Shown here piece by piece: positions 49,965 through 59,362 of a stretch of 64,000 nt of DNA. Source of the DNA: an uncultured Acidobacteriota bacterium. GTDB lineage: Bacteria; Acidobacteriota; Terriglobia; Acidiferrales; UBA7541. Every line of letters starts with the position of its first letter. The stretch's first letter is position 1. The stretch is taken from positions 111,893-175,892 of the forward strand of contig CAWBIB010000005.1 in assembly GCA_963788785.1 (NCBI GenBank), read 5' to 3'. The translations under genes were made by a program, and so were the position numbers. Under the pieces are notes generated by a model. That model saw only the letters and a list, made by a program, of their open reading frames with translations. It made no database searches and had not been told where the DNA came from.

Positions 49965-51101
49965 ATGGATCGCTCGATATTCCCCGCCCTGCTCAGTATC
50001 TTGCTGGGTGCCAGTACTGCTGGCGCATTAGGTTATGCCTGCTCGCCGGGCGCCTCGCCCAACCCGCCAGCCCGTCCGGAAAGCGACTGGCGCATTCTCG
50101 AGCCGGTCACCTATGAAAATATCTCCATCTTCCCAGTGGTTAGCTCTTCCGGGTATGACACCAGCAATTTCCTCACCCTCGACGAAGGCCTAGCCTCCGG
50201 CGAAGTGGTAATTCGCGAACAGGGCTCGGACGCGATGGTTCGCTACCGCGATGATAGCGCTCGCGTTATCCCGGAGTACCGCAGCGGCCCGGCGGTCAAT
50301 CAATTGGTTCTCGTCAACCGCAGCAAACGTCCGCTCCTGTTGCTTGCCGGTGAGCTGGTCAGCGGCGGCAAACAGGACCGTATCATCGGCAAGGATCGCC
50401 TGGTGCCGGTGGGCGGGCCGCCATTGCCCCTGGACGTTTTTTGCGTGGAGCATGGCCGCTGGTCCTCCGGCTCCCAATTCGTGGCGGCCAAAACCATCGT
50501 GCACCCCAGCGTCCGCGAAAAAGCGGCGGTTGACCAGGAGCAAACCCAGGTATGGAGTGCCGTTCGCGGGGGCTCAACTGCCGCGGTACCGGAGACCGCG
50601 TCACGCCAAGCGCGTTTGAGTCTAGGGGTCCTGGCTGGGGCGATTGGAACGTCGGCGCCGACCGAGTCTTATGACAAGGTCTACAACAGCAAATCGACCG
50701 GTGTCTCGATTGACGATTTCGTCGATCAGCTCGCGCAACGCTTCGCCAAACAAACCGCGCACCTCAAAGGCGAACGAGTGGTTGGCGTGATCGTCTCTTA
50801 CGGAGGCGAAGCAGCCTGGAGCGACATCTTCGCATCCGCTGACCTTTTCGATCATTACTGGAGCAAATTGTTGCGCAGCTACGCGGTAGAAGCCCTGGCT
50901 CGCCCGACACTTCGAGAAGTCGCCTCGCGGGACGACGCCAGCACCTTCCTCCGCCGCTTGAATGGCCGCGAACGCCAGGAAACCGATCCGAATGTTTACA
51001 TTTGGCGCGAAATCACCGAAGGCCGCCTGACACAAATCGAGCTGGACGCACTCGCGCCGAAACAATTCACGTTGCATCGCCTGCTTCTCCGCCGCACGTA
51101 A
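49965..51101 (+). CDS. Exported ARPP-1/DUF6569-like protein
   Basis: FLTLDEGLASGEV.IRE, VNQL.L.N.SKRPLLLLAGELVSGGKQDR, VFCVEHGRW, Q..VW; N-terminal signal sequence. Confidence 0.65.
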   Translation: MDRSIFPALLSILLGASTAGALGYACSPGASPNPPARPESDWRILEPVTYENISIFPVVSSSGYDTSNFLTLDEGLASGEVVIREQGSDAMVRYRDDSARVIPEYRSGPAVNQLVLVNRSKRPLLLLAGELVSGGKQDRIIGKDRLVPVGGPPLPLDVFCVEHGRWSSGSQFVAAKTIVHPSVREKAAVDQEQTQVWSAVRGGSTAAVPETASRQARLSLGVLAGAIGTSAPTESYDKVYNSKSTGVSIDDFVDQLAQRFAKQTAHLKGERVVGVIVSYGGEAAWSDIFASADLFDHYWSKLLRSYAVEALARPTLREVASRDDASTFLRRLNGRERQETDPNVYIWREITEGRLTQIELDALAPKQFTLHRLLLRRT

Positions 51102-51122
51102 ACCTCGCAATGCTCCGTCTTT

Positions 51123-51147
51123 GTAGGGGCGCAGCATGCTGCGCCCC
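51123..51147 (+). repeat. REP-like palindrome, GTAG class C
   Basis: GTAGGGGCGCAGCATGCTGCGCCCC, same architecture as 26321. Confidence 0.75.
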
Positions 51148-51208
51148 ATCTCGGCTTGATTGGGGACACACATTCACAACCTTGGCTTCGCCTTTTGACA
51201 GGTATTCA

Positions 51209-51694
51209 CTAATCTCGCACCACGCGCACAACGCTGACGTCTTTCGTCAATTGAAGCATCTCCGCGGCCGTCAAACCCGTAACCGGATGCCGCACCTCCG
51301 GCGCAATCTCCGCCAGCGGCACCAAAACAAATCTCCGCTCCGCCATTCGCGGATGCGGCACCTGCAACCCCGCCAGATTGATCACCGCGTCGCCATAAAA
51401 CAAAATATCCAGATCAATAAGCCGCGGCCCTTTCGCAAACGCCTTGGCGCTTCCCATTTCCGTCTCAATGCCCCGCAAGCGTCGCAACAGTTCCACGGCC
51501 TCGACGCCCGTCTCGCCCTCAACCACGCAGTTCAAAAACCAATCTTGCTCTAAATAATCCACCGGCTCAGTCTCGTAAATTTTCGATGTTCGCCGCACTC
51601 GCACACCCGCGCCATCGAGCGCAGCAATCGCCACGCGCAAATTCTCCGACCGATTCCCAATATTAGATCCCAGCGAAAGGTAAACAACCGTCAT
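51209..51694 (-). CDS. folK: 2-amino-4-hydroxy-6-hydroxymethyldihydropteridine diphosphokinase
   Basis: YLSLGSNIG, FLNCV, GPRLIDLDIL, VPHPRM.ERRFVL.PL. Confidence 0.96.
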   Translation of the reverse strand: MTVVYLSLGSNIGNRSENLRVAIAALDGAGVRVRRTSKIYETEPVDYLEQDWFLNCVVEGETGVEAVELLRRLRGIETEMGSAKAFAKGPRLIDLDILFYGDAVINLAGLQVPHPRMAERRFVLVPLAEIAPEVRHPVTGLTAAEMLQLTKDVSVVRVVRD

Positions 51695-51719
51695 GAATTT
51701 GTAGTCTGTTCGGGCCGTT

Positions 51720-51757
51720 TCGTTACTTCTTTACTTCATTACTTCGCTTTTCTTTTC
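51720..51757 (+). repeat. Degenerate TTACTTC short tandem repeat
   Basis: CGTTACTTCTTTACTTCATTACTTCGC between ruvB and folK. Confidence 0.55.
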
Positions 51758-52789
51758 TCAAAATAATCTGGTCTGTCGCTTCGGCAACTCTTTCCCAAAA
51801 TACTCATAAGCCCGCGCCGTAGCTACTCTTCCCCTGGGCGTCCGGTCAATCAACCCAATCTGCATCAAATACGGCTCATACATTTCTTCGATCGCATCTT
51901 CTTCTTCGCTAAGCGCCGCCGCCAGGGTACCCACGCCCACCGGTCCACCCGCGTACTTGTCGATCAGCGCCAGCATCAAATTGCGGTCCACTTCATCCAG
52001 TCCGCTCTCGTCCACACCCAACATGGCGAGCGATTCCTGCGCCACGGCCCGCGTAATTCGCCCCGCCGCCCGCACTTCCGCAAAATCGCGCGCCCGCCGC
52101 AGCAACCGATTGGCAATCCGCGGCGTCCCTCGACACCTCTTCGCAATCTCTTCCGCGCCGCCTTCGTCCATGGCTATATTCAAAATTTTCGCCGAACGGT
52201 GAATAATGATCAGCAAATCTTCCGGCTCATAAAATTCCAGCCGGTGCACAATTCCAAAACGCGAACGCAGCGGCGCGGTAATCAATCCCGCCCGGGTGGT
52301 CGCTCCAATCAAAGTAAAGCGACTTAACGGGAAAGGATGAATCCGCGCTCCCGGCCCTTGCCCGATAATCAAGTCCACTCGGAAATCTTCCATCGCCGGA
52401 TACAGCACTTCTTCCACCGCCGGCTGCAGCCGATGAATCTCATCCAGGAAAAAAACTTCCTTACTCTCCAGCGAAGTCAATATCGCGGTCAAATCTCCCT
52501 TGCGCTCCAGCAAGGGCCCCGCGCTGGTCTTAATCGTCACATTCAATTCATTGGCAATAATCTGGGCTAACGTGGTTTTTCCCAGTCCCGGCGGGCCATA
52601 AAGCAACACGTGATCCAGCGCGTCCCCGCGGCTACGCGCCGCTTCAATTGCAATCGCGATATTTTCCTTGACGCGCTTCTGCCCGATATATTCATCAAGC
52701 CGCTTCGGACGCACATTCGCGTCCATCCGCAAATCTTCATCGACCGCCGCGCCCGAAACGATCCGCTGCCCCAGCCGGTCTTCCATCAT
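51758..52789 (-). CDS. ruvB: Holliday junction DNA helicase RuvB
   Basis: LRP..LDEYIGQ-like start, [43 protein letters not shown]. Confidence 0.97.
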   Translation of the reverse strand: MMEDRLGQRIVSGAAVDEDLRMDANVRPKRLDEYIGQKRVKENIAIAIEAARSRGDALDHVLLYGPPGLGKTTLAQIIANELNVTIKTSAGPLLERKGDLTAILTSLESKEVFFLDEIHRLQPAVEEVLYPAMEDFRVDLIIGQGPGARIHPFPLSRFTLIGATTRAGLITAPLRSRFGIVHRLEFYEPEDLLIIIHRSAKILNIAMDEGGAEEIAKRCRGTPRIANRLLRRARDFAEVRAAGRITRAVAQESLAMLGVDESGLDEVDRNLMLALIDKYAGGPVGVGTLAAALSEEEDAIEEMYEPYLMQIGLIDRTPRGRVATARAYEYFGKELPKRQTRLF

Positions 52790-52889
52790 TCGAAAACAAC
52801 CCTCATCCGCATTTTCCTCAAATCCCTGAGCAACTCAACCAGCATCCCGCATGTATTTGACCCGTCACAAATATTGAAGCCGGTTTTTT

Positions 52890-52945
52890 TCGTTACCTCG
52901 TTACTTCATTACTTCCTTGCTTCTTTCCTTCCTTACTTCGTCCTC
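52890..52945 (+). repeat. Degenerate TTACTTC short tandem repeat
   Basis: CGTTACCTCGTTACTTCATTACTTCCTTGCTTCTTTCCTTCCTTACTTCG between ruvA and ruvB. Confidence 0.55.
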
Positions 52946-53553
52946 TTCGGCACACTCAACGCATTCAGCGCGGCTCGCAACAATTTCTCAAAATTCACCG
53001 TTCCCGCAGCCCGCGCGCCAGACGCCACCGCCTCTTCCGAAGCCCGCGCGTCATAACCCAAATTCACCAGCGCCGAAATCACATCCGCATTTATATCCGT
53101 GGCGCCGCCGGAGGAAGCCACCGCCGGCTTCATCAGCACTTCCGCGCTGATCGCATCCAGCCGATCTTTTAACTCCACCACCATGCGCTCCGCAGTCTTG
53201 CGTCCCACACCGGGAATCTTCGTCAATCGTCCCAAATCGCTTCCGCGAATCGCCGGCACCAGCTCTTCCACGCTCATCCCCGACAATATCTTCAAAGCCA
53301 GCGAAGGCCCCACGCCGGACGCCGAAAGCAGCATCTCAAAAAGTTGTTTCTCGCGCGCCGAAATAAATCCGTACAGCGCCAACGCATCTTCGCGCACATG
53401 CGTATGGATCAACAGCGTCACTTCGGCATGCAATTCCCCCAGTGCCGCATACGTCGACAGCGACACCGCCACCACATATCCCACGCCGCCCACATCCACC
53501 AGCACCGAGTTCGGCCGCTTCTCCGCCAGCTTCCCGCGCAATTGCCCAATCAT
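52933..53553 (-). CDS. ruvA: Holliday junction branch migration protein RuvA
   Basis: MIGQLRG, VGGVGY, VREDALALYGF, SGVGP..AL.IL, IPGVG.KTAER. Confidence 0.96.
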   Translation of the reverse strand: MIGQLRGKLAEKRPNSVLVDVGGVGYVVAVSLSTYAALGELHAEVTLLIHTHVREDALALYGFISAREKQLFEMLLSASGVGPSLALKILSGMSVEELVPAIRGSDLGRLTKIPGVGRKTAERMVVELKDRLDAISAEVLMKPAVASSGGATDINADVISALVNLGYDARASEEAVASGARAAGTVNFEKLLRAALNALSVPKRTK

Positions 53554-53677
53554 CGCTCGTCAGTATTGCCGCCTTACTTTCGCCTGTCAACGCATCCCGG
53601 GGGCAGCGGATATGGCCGCGAAAAAGAAACGGGCACACCCGCAGTGCGCAATATCGTCCCCGGCATATAATGCTCGC

Positions 53678-54130
53678 ATGCGGCAGAGTAATCTTGTCGT
53701 AGTCCAGTCATTTGGAACGCGGGCTGAAGCGGACATCGCCCTGGGTATCCTCGAATCCTCAGATATTGAGGCTATGATCCAGGCTGATACCGCCGGTGGA
53801 ATGCGTCAGCACTTGGCTTGGAGCGGCGTCGGATTTCGGGTCCTCGTGTGTGAGGAAGACGTGGCGCTGGCGAGAGACGCTCTTACTCCCCCGCCCGACA
53901 CGGAATACGTACTGGTTCAAACATTCACAACCCAGGATGAAGCAGACTGCGCGCAGGGCGCGCTTTTGTCCGCAGAGATTGCCGCAAGAGTTCAAGACGA
54001 TAGCGCCAGCGGCTGGCGTCCTGACATGCCCTGGACTGGCACGGGGTTTCGCGTGCTAGTACCTGAGGTAGACCTGGTGACAGCGCGCCGCGTGCTTGAC
54101 CGACCCGACGAAACGCACACCAAGGCCTAA
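53678..54130 (+). CDS. Tandem DUF2007-like domain protein
   Basis: Two repeats of V..F.T..EAD.A.G.L.S..I.A....D.A.G........G.GFRVLV.E.D...AR..L. Confidence 0.75.
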   Translation: MRQSNLVVVQSFGTRAEADIALGILESSDIEAMIQADTAGGMRQHLAWSGVGFRVLVCEEDVALARDALTPPPDTEYVLVQTFTTQDEADCAQGALLSAEIAARVQDDSASGWRPDMPWTGTGFRVLVPEVDLVTARRVLDRPDETHTKA

Positions 54131-54259
54131 TTAGCCGCATCATCGAACGGGTGGTTTTTTATGATCGGAAAATCCGCATGTCCGGTAAGCGCCTTAGTCA
54201 GGCACGAGAGAGCTACGGGTGATAACGCCCGCTCCAACTGCCAATCCGGGGAAACGTTC

Positions 54260-55096
54260 TCATTGGAACAGAATGGTGTCGCCAAGCTTGAACTCCGTGG
54301 GGACCTCGAATAAAGCTGGCGATAATGGCCCTTTATAGGACTCCGTTACCTGAAAAGCGTTGCTCAGAGTCACGTTCACGCTACTGCTTCCCGTGCCCGT
54401 GATTGTCGTGTTCTTGGAATCTTGCTTCCCTCTGACGAAGAGCCCTGTTTCCCGCTCTCCGATTTGCACGTTTTCTATTTTGTCCGTGGGCCACCGATGG
54501 ACACCCTTATAAAACCAACCGAAATCGTGGACCTTTGGTCCCGCAGGTGGACTAGGATCACACGAAATCCTCGGGTCATAATCGATATACCAACCGTCTT
54601 CAACGGAAATTGATCGTTCCCCTTTTGTATCGCCAAGTGGCGTCGTTTTAGTTGTCGTGATAACGTGCCTCGCCCTTTGTCCGAATATTTCTTCGCGCTC
54701 CCCCGTGTCCACGGTTGTTGTTTCAACTCGATATGCTGGTAGTTTTGACGTGTCCCAATCAGGTTCGGCCTCGCGTGTGATCGGCTTCGGCGGATACTCC
54801 TTTGCAGAGTAATCCCGGGTATTTGTATCCAAGCCAAAACTGCGCGCTAAGTCGCACCGCTGAATCACAACGTTTGCAGATGGGTCCGCTACTGCGAAGG
54901 ACCCATCTGGGCTCCGACGCTGAGCGGTGTTGTGGAACTCGGTGCGCCGCCTATCTCCCATCGTGTAGGTGATTACCTCGCCGCCTGCGAAAGTCCCCGA
55001 TGCGTAATGCCAGACAAGCTTAGTGCCGACGTTTTGTTGGGTGCTTTGTCACCGACCCGCAACAAAGATAAAAAACCAGAGAAGAAGGTGAGCCAT
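54260..55096 (-). pseudogene. Exported hypothetical protein interrupted by an in-frame TGA just after the signal peptide
   Basis: ATG 55096 (GGAGAG RBS): MAHLLLWFFIFVAGR*QSTQQNVGTKLVWHY...YTMGDRRRTEF, in frame with the 54260-54961 ORF; stop at 55049-51. Confidence 0.55.
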
Positions 55097-55560
55097 CGGG
55101 GTCTCTCCGAGACTAGGCAAGCGATTCTGTAAGCTGGGCTGACTTTAACTATCCTGAGACTAAAAGCAAGTCCGATATGCTTCAACAACTTGGAGGCTTG
55201 AGACAACCGAATGGTTTACCAGGGCCAATGCAATTGATATTGAATGCATAGCCGTACCCCATACACCTGGACACAAAATCCTTTCGCGTGCGGGGATTAC
55301 GGAAAACGAGTAAAGCGACGGGCTCGACTCTCCGGGCTGGTCCCTTTTCGCGGCCATATCCGCATGCCCGTCAAACGGATCCCCGAAAGAAATGGTTTGT
55401 AGCCGTATTTTGTTCAACCCCCCGGTCATTCAGTGGCGCGAATGCCCCGGTTCGTACAATTCCCGATATGGCACACTTTTTATAACTATATTAAAGAACG
55501 ACGTGTTTTACTTGATAACTGTCTATTCACATTCGCGCGAAATAATTGTAGTATTTTGCA

Positions 55561-56631
55561 GTGGAGCGTCCGCCCAGCCTGCGCGCCGTCATCCTACTGA
55601 TCCTTGTTGTGTCCCTGCCGGGATGCGCAGGATCGGCGGATATGTCTGCGCCGTCGCAGGCGCCTCCGCCTCCGCCGGCCCACGGCACCTTCACCCAAAT
55701 TTCCGACAATTTCACCCGCCCTGACGGCGCCCTCGGTCCCAACTGGTCTGCTCCTATCCTCACCGCGGGTGAAGGCCCCGACGGACCCGGCGGGCTGCTC
55801 ATCAACAGCAATGGCTATGGCCCAGTGAATGCCGGCGGCAGCGACGCTGCCTCTTTGTGGGCTGGGGGCGAAACCTTTGGCAATGACCAGTGGGCGCAAG
55901 CCATGGTGAATACGGTTGCGCCCTACCGCGCCGTTCTCGCGATCAACGGCGCCTCGCACTCCGGCAACGACACCACTTACACCTTCACGCTGACCAGTGG
56001 CTCCCTCACCGACATCATCGCCGGCGGCGAACTCTACGTCATAGTTTCGAATATGGCCCATGCCGGGAATAACGGCCGATTTACCACCAGCAATTTCGGC
56101 CCGAACTCTTTCACGATCGCCAACGCCTCCGGCGAGACCGCCACCGAATCAGGCACCGGAGTTTGCCCCAGCGATTCCGGTGCAGGCGTGATGGTTCGCG
56201 GAAGCGGCACCACGCCGACCACTCTCAACGGATACTTTTTCCATGTCGGCACGAATTCCTACAAAGGCGGTGGACGTGTCGCCTATTACGAATTGTGGAA
56301 AATTGCAGACGGCAAATTCACCGATTTGGGCAACGCCCATGACAACGGCATCGCCCGCGACCTCCCGCAGCCTCACGACACCATCGCGCTAACCGCCGTG
56401 GGAACCACCGTCACCGCGTATTACAACAACGCCATTCTTTATCAGGTCGTAGACACCACGTTGACCTCCGGCGTGCCCGGAGTCACCTCATGGAGCATCA
56501 GCGGACTGGACGAATACCAGTGGGCAGAATGGAGAACCATCAAGCCTCCCGGCAACAACGGAACAACTCTCAACAATTTTTCTGCGGGAGACAGTCCTTT
56601 TACCAATACGCAGCTTGCCCCCGTACACTGA
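55561..56631 (+). CDS. Beta-rich lipoprotein (lectin/LamG-like fold suspected)
   Basis: Lipobox LPGC, Pro linker, DNFTRPDGALGPNW motif, Gly/Thr/Asn-rich beta strands. Confidence 0.6.
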   Translation: MERPPSLRAVILLILVVSLPGCAGSADMSAPSQAPPPPPAHGTFTQISDNFTRPDGALGPNWSAPILTAGEGPDGPGGLLINSNGYGPVNAGGSDAASLWAGGETFGNDQWAQAMVNTVAPYRAVLAINGASHSGNDTTYTFTLTSGSLTDIIAGGELYVIVSNMAHAGNNGRFTTSNFGPNSFTIANASGETATESGTGVCPSDSGAGVMVRGSGTTPTTLNGYFFHVGTNSYKGGGRVAYYELWKIADGKFTDLGNAHDNGIARDLPQPHDTIALTAVGTTVTAYYNNAILYQVVDTTLTSGVPGVTSWSISGLDEYQWAEWRTIKPPGNNGTTLNNFSAGDSPFTNTQLAPVH

Positions 56632-56680
56632 CGGGAGAAGAATGCCGTTGAGCCCTTAGCTTTCCCGGAGTTTCCGCCGT

Positions 56681-57394
56681 CTACTGGCAGGATCCATCAT
56701 CGACAAACTGATTCGTCGTCGCCATCGACGCTAGCGAATGCGCGCACGTCATGATTTTCTGGTCGATAGGATCGTTGGCCAGCGCGTCTCTTCCGAAATA
56801 ACTCATCGATACGGTCTTCTGCACATATTTATCGCTCAACTGGCTCATATTATTGAACTCGTTGGTCAGGAACGGCATCACGTTCCGGTCGGAGTCGGTG
56901 CTTACCGCCAGTCCAGCCAAGCGCAACGATTGTTGCGCTTGCGCCTTGAGCGCATTCAGCCAATCGGCTCGCAGCGGGTACCCGCCCTGGATTGCGTTCT
57001 TCAGCGCCGCGTGCCACTCCCGCACCTGCGACATCGCTTCAATTCCCGCAGCCACAAAACCCTTGGAAAAGCCTTGCGGGGGAGGCGGAGCGGCCTGAGC
57101 TGCGGGCTGCTGTGTCGTTGCTCCAGACACCGGCATGTTCATCACGATTTGATTTCCGTTGAAGCTCAGCGCCGCGCCAGTCATCCGCGCCAGCCCTTCG
57201 ACCTCCACATAATTGTGACCGTTCACCTGCGTCACACTCGCCGACCCCGGCAGTCCCGCAATCGCCAGCGAGTTGGTCTGCTGCGCAGCCGCCGCAATCG
57301 CCAATACCAATGCCAACAGCGTCGTGCCCGCTATCCACCTGGTCCTTACGAACCTGCTCTTTGCCAAACCAGCTGCCGCCAAATAATTGCGCAT
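56681..57394 (-). CDS. Exported hypothetical protein with stalk-like N-terminal domain
   Basis: Signal peptide ending AAAA-Q; VNGHNYVEVEGLARMTGAALSF resembles copper-amine-oxidase N-terminal/stalk domains. Confidence 0.6.
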   Translation of the reverse strand: MRNYLAAAGLAKSRFVRTRWIAGTTLLALVLAIAAAAQQTNSLAIAGLPGSASVTQVNGHNYVEVEGLARMTGAALSFNGNQIVMNMPVSGATTQQPAAQAAPPPPQGFSKGFVAAGIEAMSQVREWHAALKNAIQGGYPLRADWLNALKAQAQQSLRLAGLAVSTDSDRNVMPFLTNEFNNMSQLSDKYVQKTVSMSYFGRDALANDPIDQKIMTCAHSLASMATTNQFVDDGSCQ

Positions 57395-57433
57395 GCTCAA
57401 CTCCGTAAAATTCCAAAAATAATCCGACACGTC

Positions 57434-58066
57434 TTACTGACAGCTGGCCGGCTTAGGCGGATGCTCCAACCGCTCTTTCTTCTTATCCTCAATCTCTTTT
57501 GCCGACGGCGGAAAGCTTTCGAACCCCTTGGTAAAATCCTCGTCCGCCGACTTCCAGGCCTTGTCCGTATTAATGATCCGCTCGATCACATAAATCCGCC
57601 ACACCAGATCTTTTTTCTTCGGATCGATCAAATCCACCAGCAGCGTGCCTTGCCGCTTGGTCGTCACGCTAATCGTGTCGTACCAAAATCCCCAGTACGA
57701 CCCAATAAACGGCTGATAGATGCCCATCGTTACGTAGGACGATACGTCCGCGTCCTTCGAACTGGTCGCCCAGTAGCGCACCACCAGATCCGGATTCTGG
57801 TTGGGGTTCACTTCCTTCAATCCTTTTGCCGTCATTTCCCGCGTCACCGCGCGGTGCACCCGATCGCTGATCAAATCCGGATTCAATTGCATCATCACCA
57901 ACTGGTTCGTTCCGCCCAGATACGCGAAAGTCCTATACTGCTCAAAATTCAGCTCCGGATTAAAATCCACCTGTACCTTTGCAGCCGCCGGCATCGCCCA
58001 CAGCACCACCACCGCCGCGATCCACAAAATCTTCGCGCCCAACTTCGCCCCAGTTCCCGTAATCAT
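57434..58066 (-). CDS. DUF4136 domain exported protein
   Basis: VDFNP..NFEQYRTFA, REMTAKG, PDLVVRY, GTLLVDLID.KKKDLVWR. Confidence 0.8.
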   Translation of the reverse strand: MITGTGAKLGAKILWIAAVVVLWAMPAAAKVQVDFNPELNFEQYRTFAYLGGTNQLVMMQLNPDLISDRVHRAVTREMTAKGLKEVNPNQNPDLVVRYWATSSKDADVSSYVTMGIYQPFIGSYWGFWYDTISVTTKRQGTLLVDLIDPKKKDLVWRIYVIERIINTDKAWKSADEDFTKGFESFPPSAKEIEDKKKERLEHPPKPASCQ

Positions 58067-58202
58067 CCACCGCCTCCAATTTTCCCGCTCACAAATCAAA
58101 ACTCGGTTGCTGCCCCAGAGCGCATAAGTCATCGTTGGTGTCCGCGCCGCACCGACAGTATCACGCGTGCCTGTCATGTTGAAACAACCCATCGATTCCG
58201 CT

Positions 58203-59156
58203 TCAATCCGTGAGCTTGCTCTGTCTTTTTTTGCCTCGCGGCCGTTCTATCGGAAACGCCCAAAGGTCCAGTATTGCGGCTATCTCAGCCATGCATTTCG
58301 TTGTCAGCAACTGATAGTGGATCTTTCGTCGGCTTGTCACCACCCGCATCGCCAACGAATCACAGAACACCACATCTACTCCGCGAACCTCAGGGCGCCG
58401 CTTGGACCGCACCAGAACTTCACGAAAGGTGTGCCGTCGTTCAATCGCGCCAGCAAAAACACTGCGTGCAGTCTTCAACACGCTTTCGCTGACCGATACG
58501 ACGGCGATTGTTGAAGCTTCTTTCAGCCCCTTAATGAGCTTTACATGTTCGTCCGCTGTCGAAAACATCAGCCGAATAGGCGGCCAGTCACTCGACGCCA
58601 CCGGCGCTAGCAGCGGGAATGCGTACTCGGGAACCAGTACCTGAGCGCCTCCGGTTAACCCAGGATTTTTCGAAAATTCCTGCGGCGTGCATCCCTCCAC
58701 GCGTTTCTTGAGCGCTAGATAAATTTCCGCTTGAATAATCTTGCGAAGCCCCGATTCCTCCTCGACCACCAGAAAGTGGTCGGGTGGCTGCAACGCCAAA
58801 CGTTGCGCCACTCGCTTCCGCAGCGTCGCCAAGGAATAGCCCATCTCTCTAGCGCGCTCGGTACTGCGATCGATCAGTTCATCCAGGCTGTCGTTTGTCT
58901 CCCGCCCCCGCAAATACACCGCCGGTGCAACACACAATCGACTCCCCTTCCGGCGTCTTAACCATTCTCGCTGCACCAGATCGTGGTAAGCCTTGCTTAC
59001 CGTATTGTGGTGAATCGCCAGACGCCGCGCTAGCGCCCGCACGCTCGGCAGCTGTTCCGCCGGACGCAATTTTCCCGTGGTAATCAGGAATACGATCTGC
59101 TCCGCCAGCTGCTCGTGCACCGGAACGTCACTGTCTTTGCTGAGCGAAATGTTCAT
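58203..59156 (-). CDS. GntR family transcriptional regulator
   Basis: PV.EQL..QI...I..G.L.P.EQLPSVRALA..L.I..NTV.KAY..L wHTH. Confidence 0.9.
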   Translation of the reverse strand: MNISLSKDSDVPVHEQLAEQIVFLITTGKLRPAEQLPSVRALARRLAIHHNTVSKAYHDLVQREWLRRRKGSRLCVAPAVYLRGRETNDSLDELIDRSTERAREMGYSLATLRKRVAQRLALQPPDHFLVVEEESGLRKIIQAEIYLALKKRVEGCTPQEFSKNPGLTGGAQVLVPEYAFPLLAPVASSDWPPIRLMFSTADEHVKLIKGLKEASTIAVVSVSESVLKTARSVFAGAIERRHTFREVLVRSKRRPEVRGVDVVFCDSLAMRVVTSRRKIHYQLLTTKCMAEIAAILDLWAFPIERPRGKKRQSKLTD

Positions 59157-59362
59157 GCGCGTGGTCGAATTCTATCCTGACCCTGCCGTGATTGCAGGCC
59201 GCCTCTCCCAATTCGTGCCAGGCGCAACTCACCACTCCCACCGCCATGTGACAGTCGTAGAAAGTGTCATGCGCCTCGCTCTAACGCACCAGCTCCGCCG
59301 CTACTATCGCCTCATCGAACGGTTGGTCACGAATCAATCAGGACCACCGACAGGAGGCACAA

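Noticed and set aside
55049-55051. Selenocysteine recoding of the in-frame TGA
   Set aside because: It lies at a signal-peptide junction with no redox-motif context, and I could not see a SECIS-like hairpin.
59249-59269. TGACA-N11-TGTCA as a GntR operator
   Set aside because: Only 5-bp arms; expected by chance.
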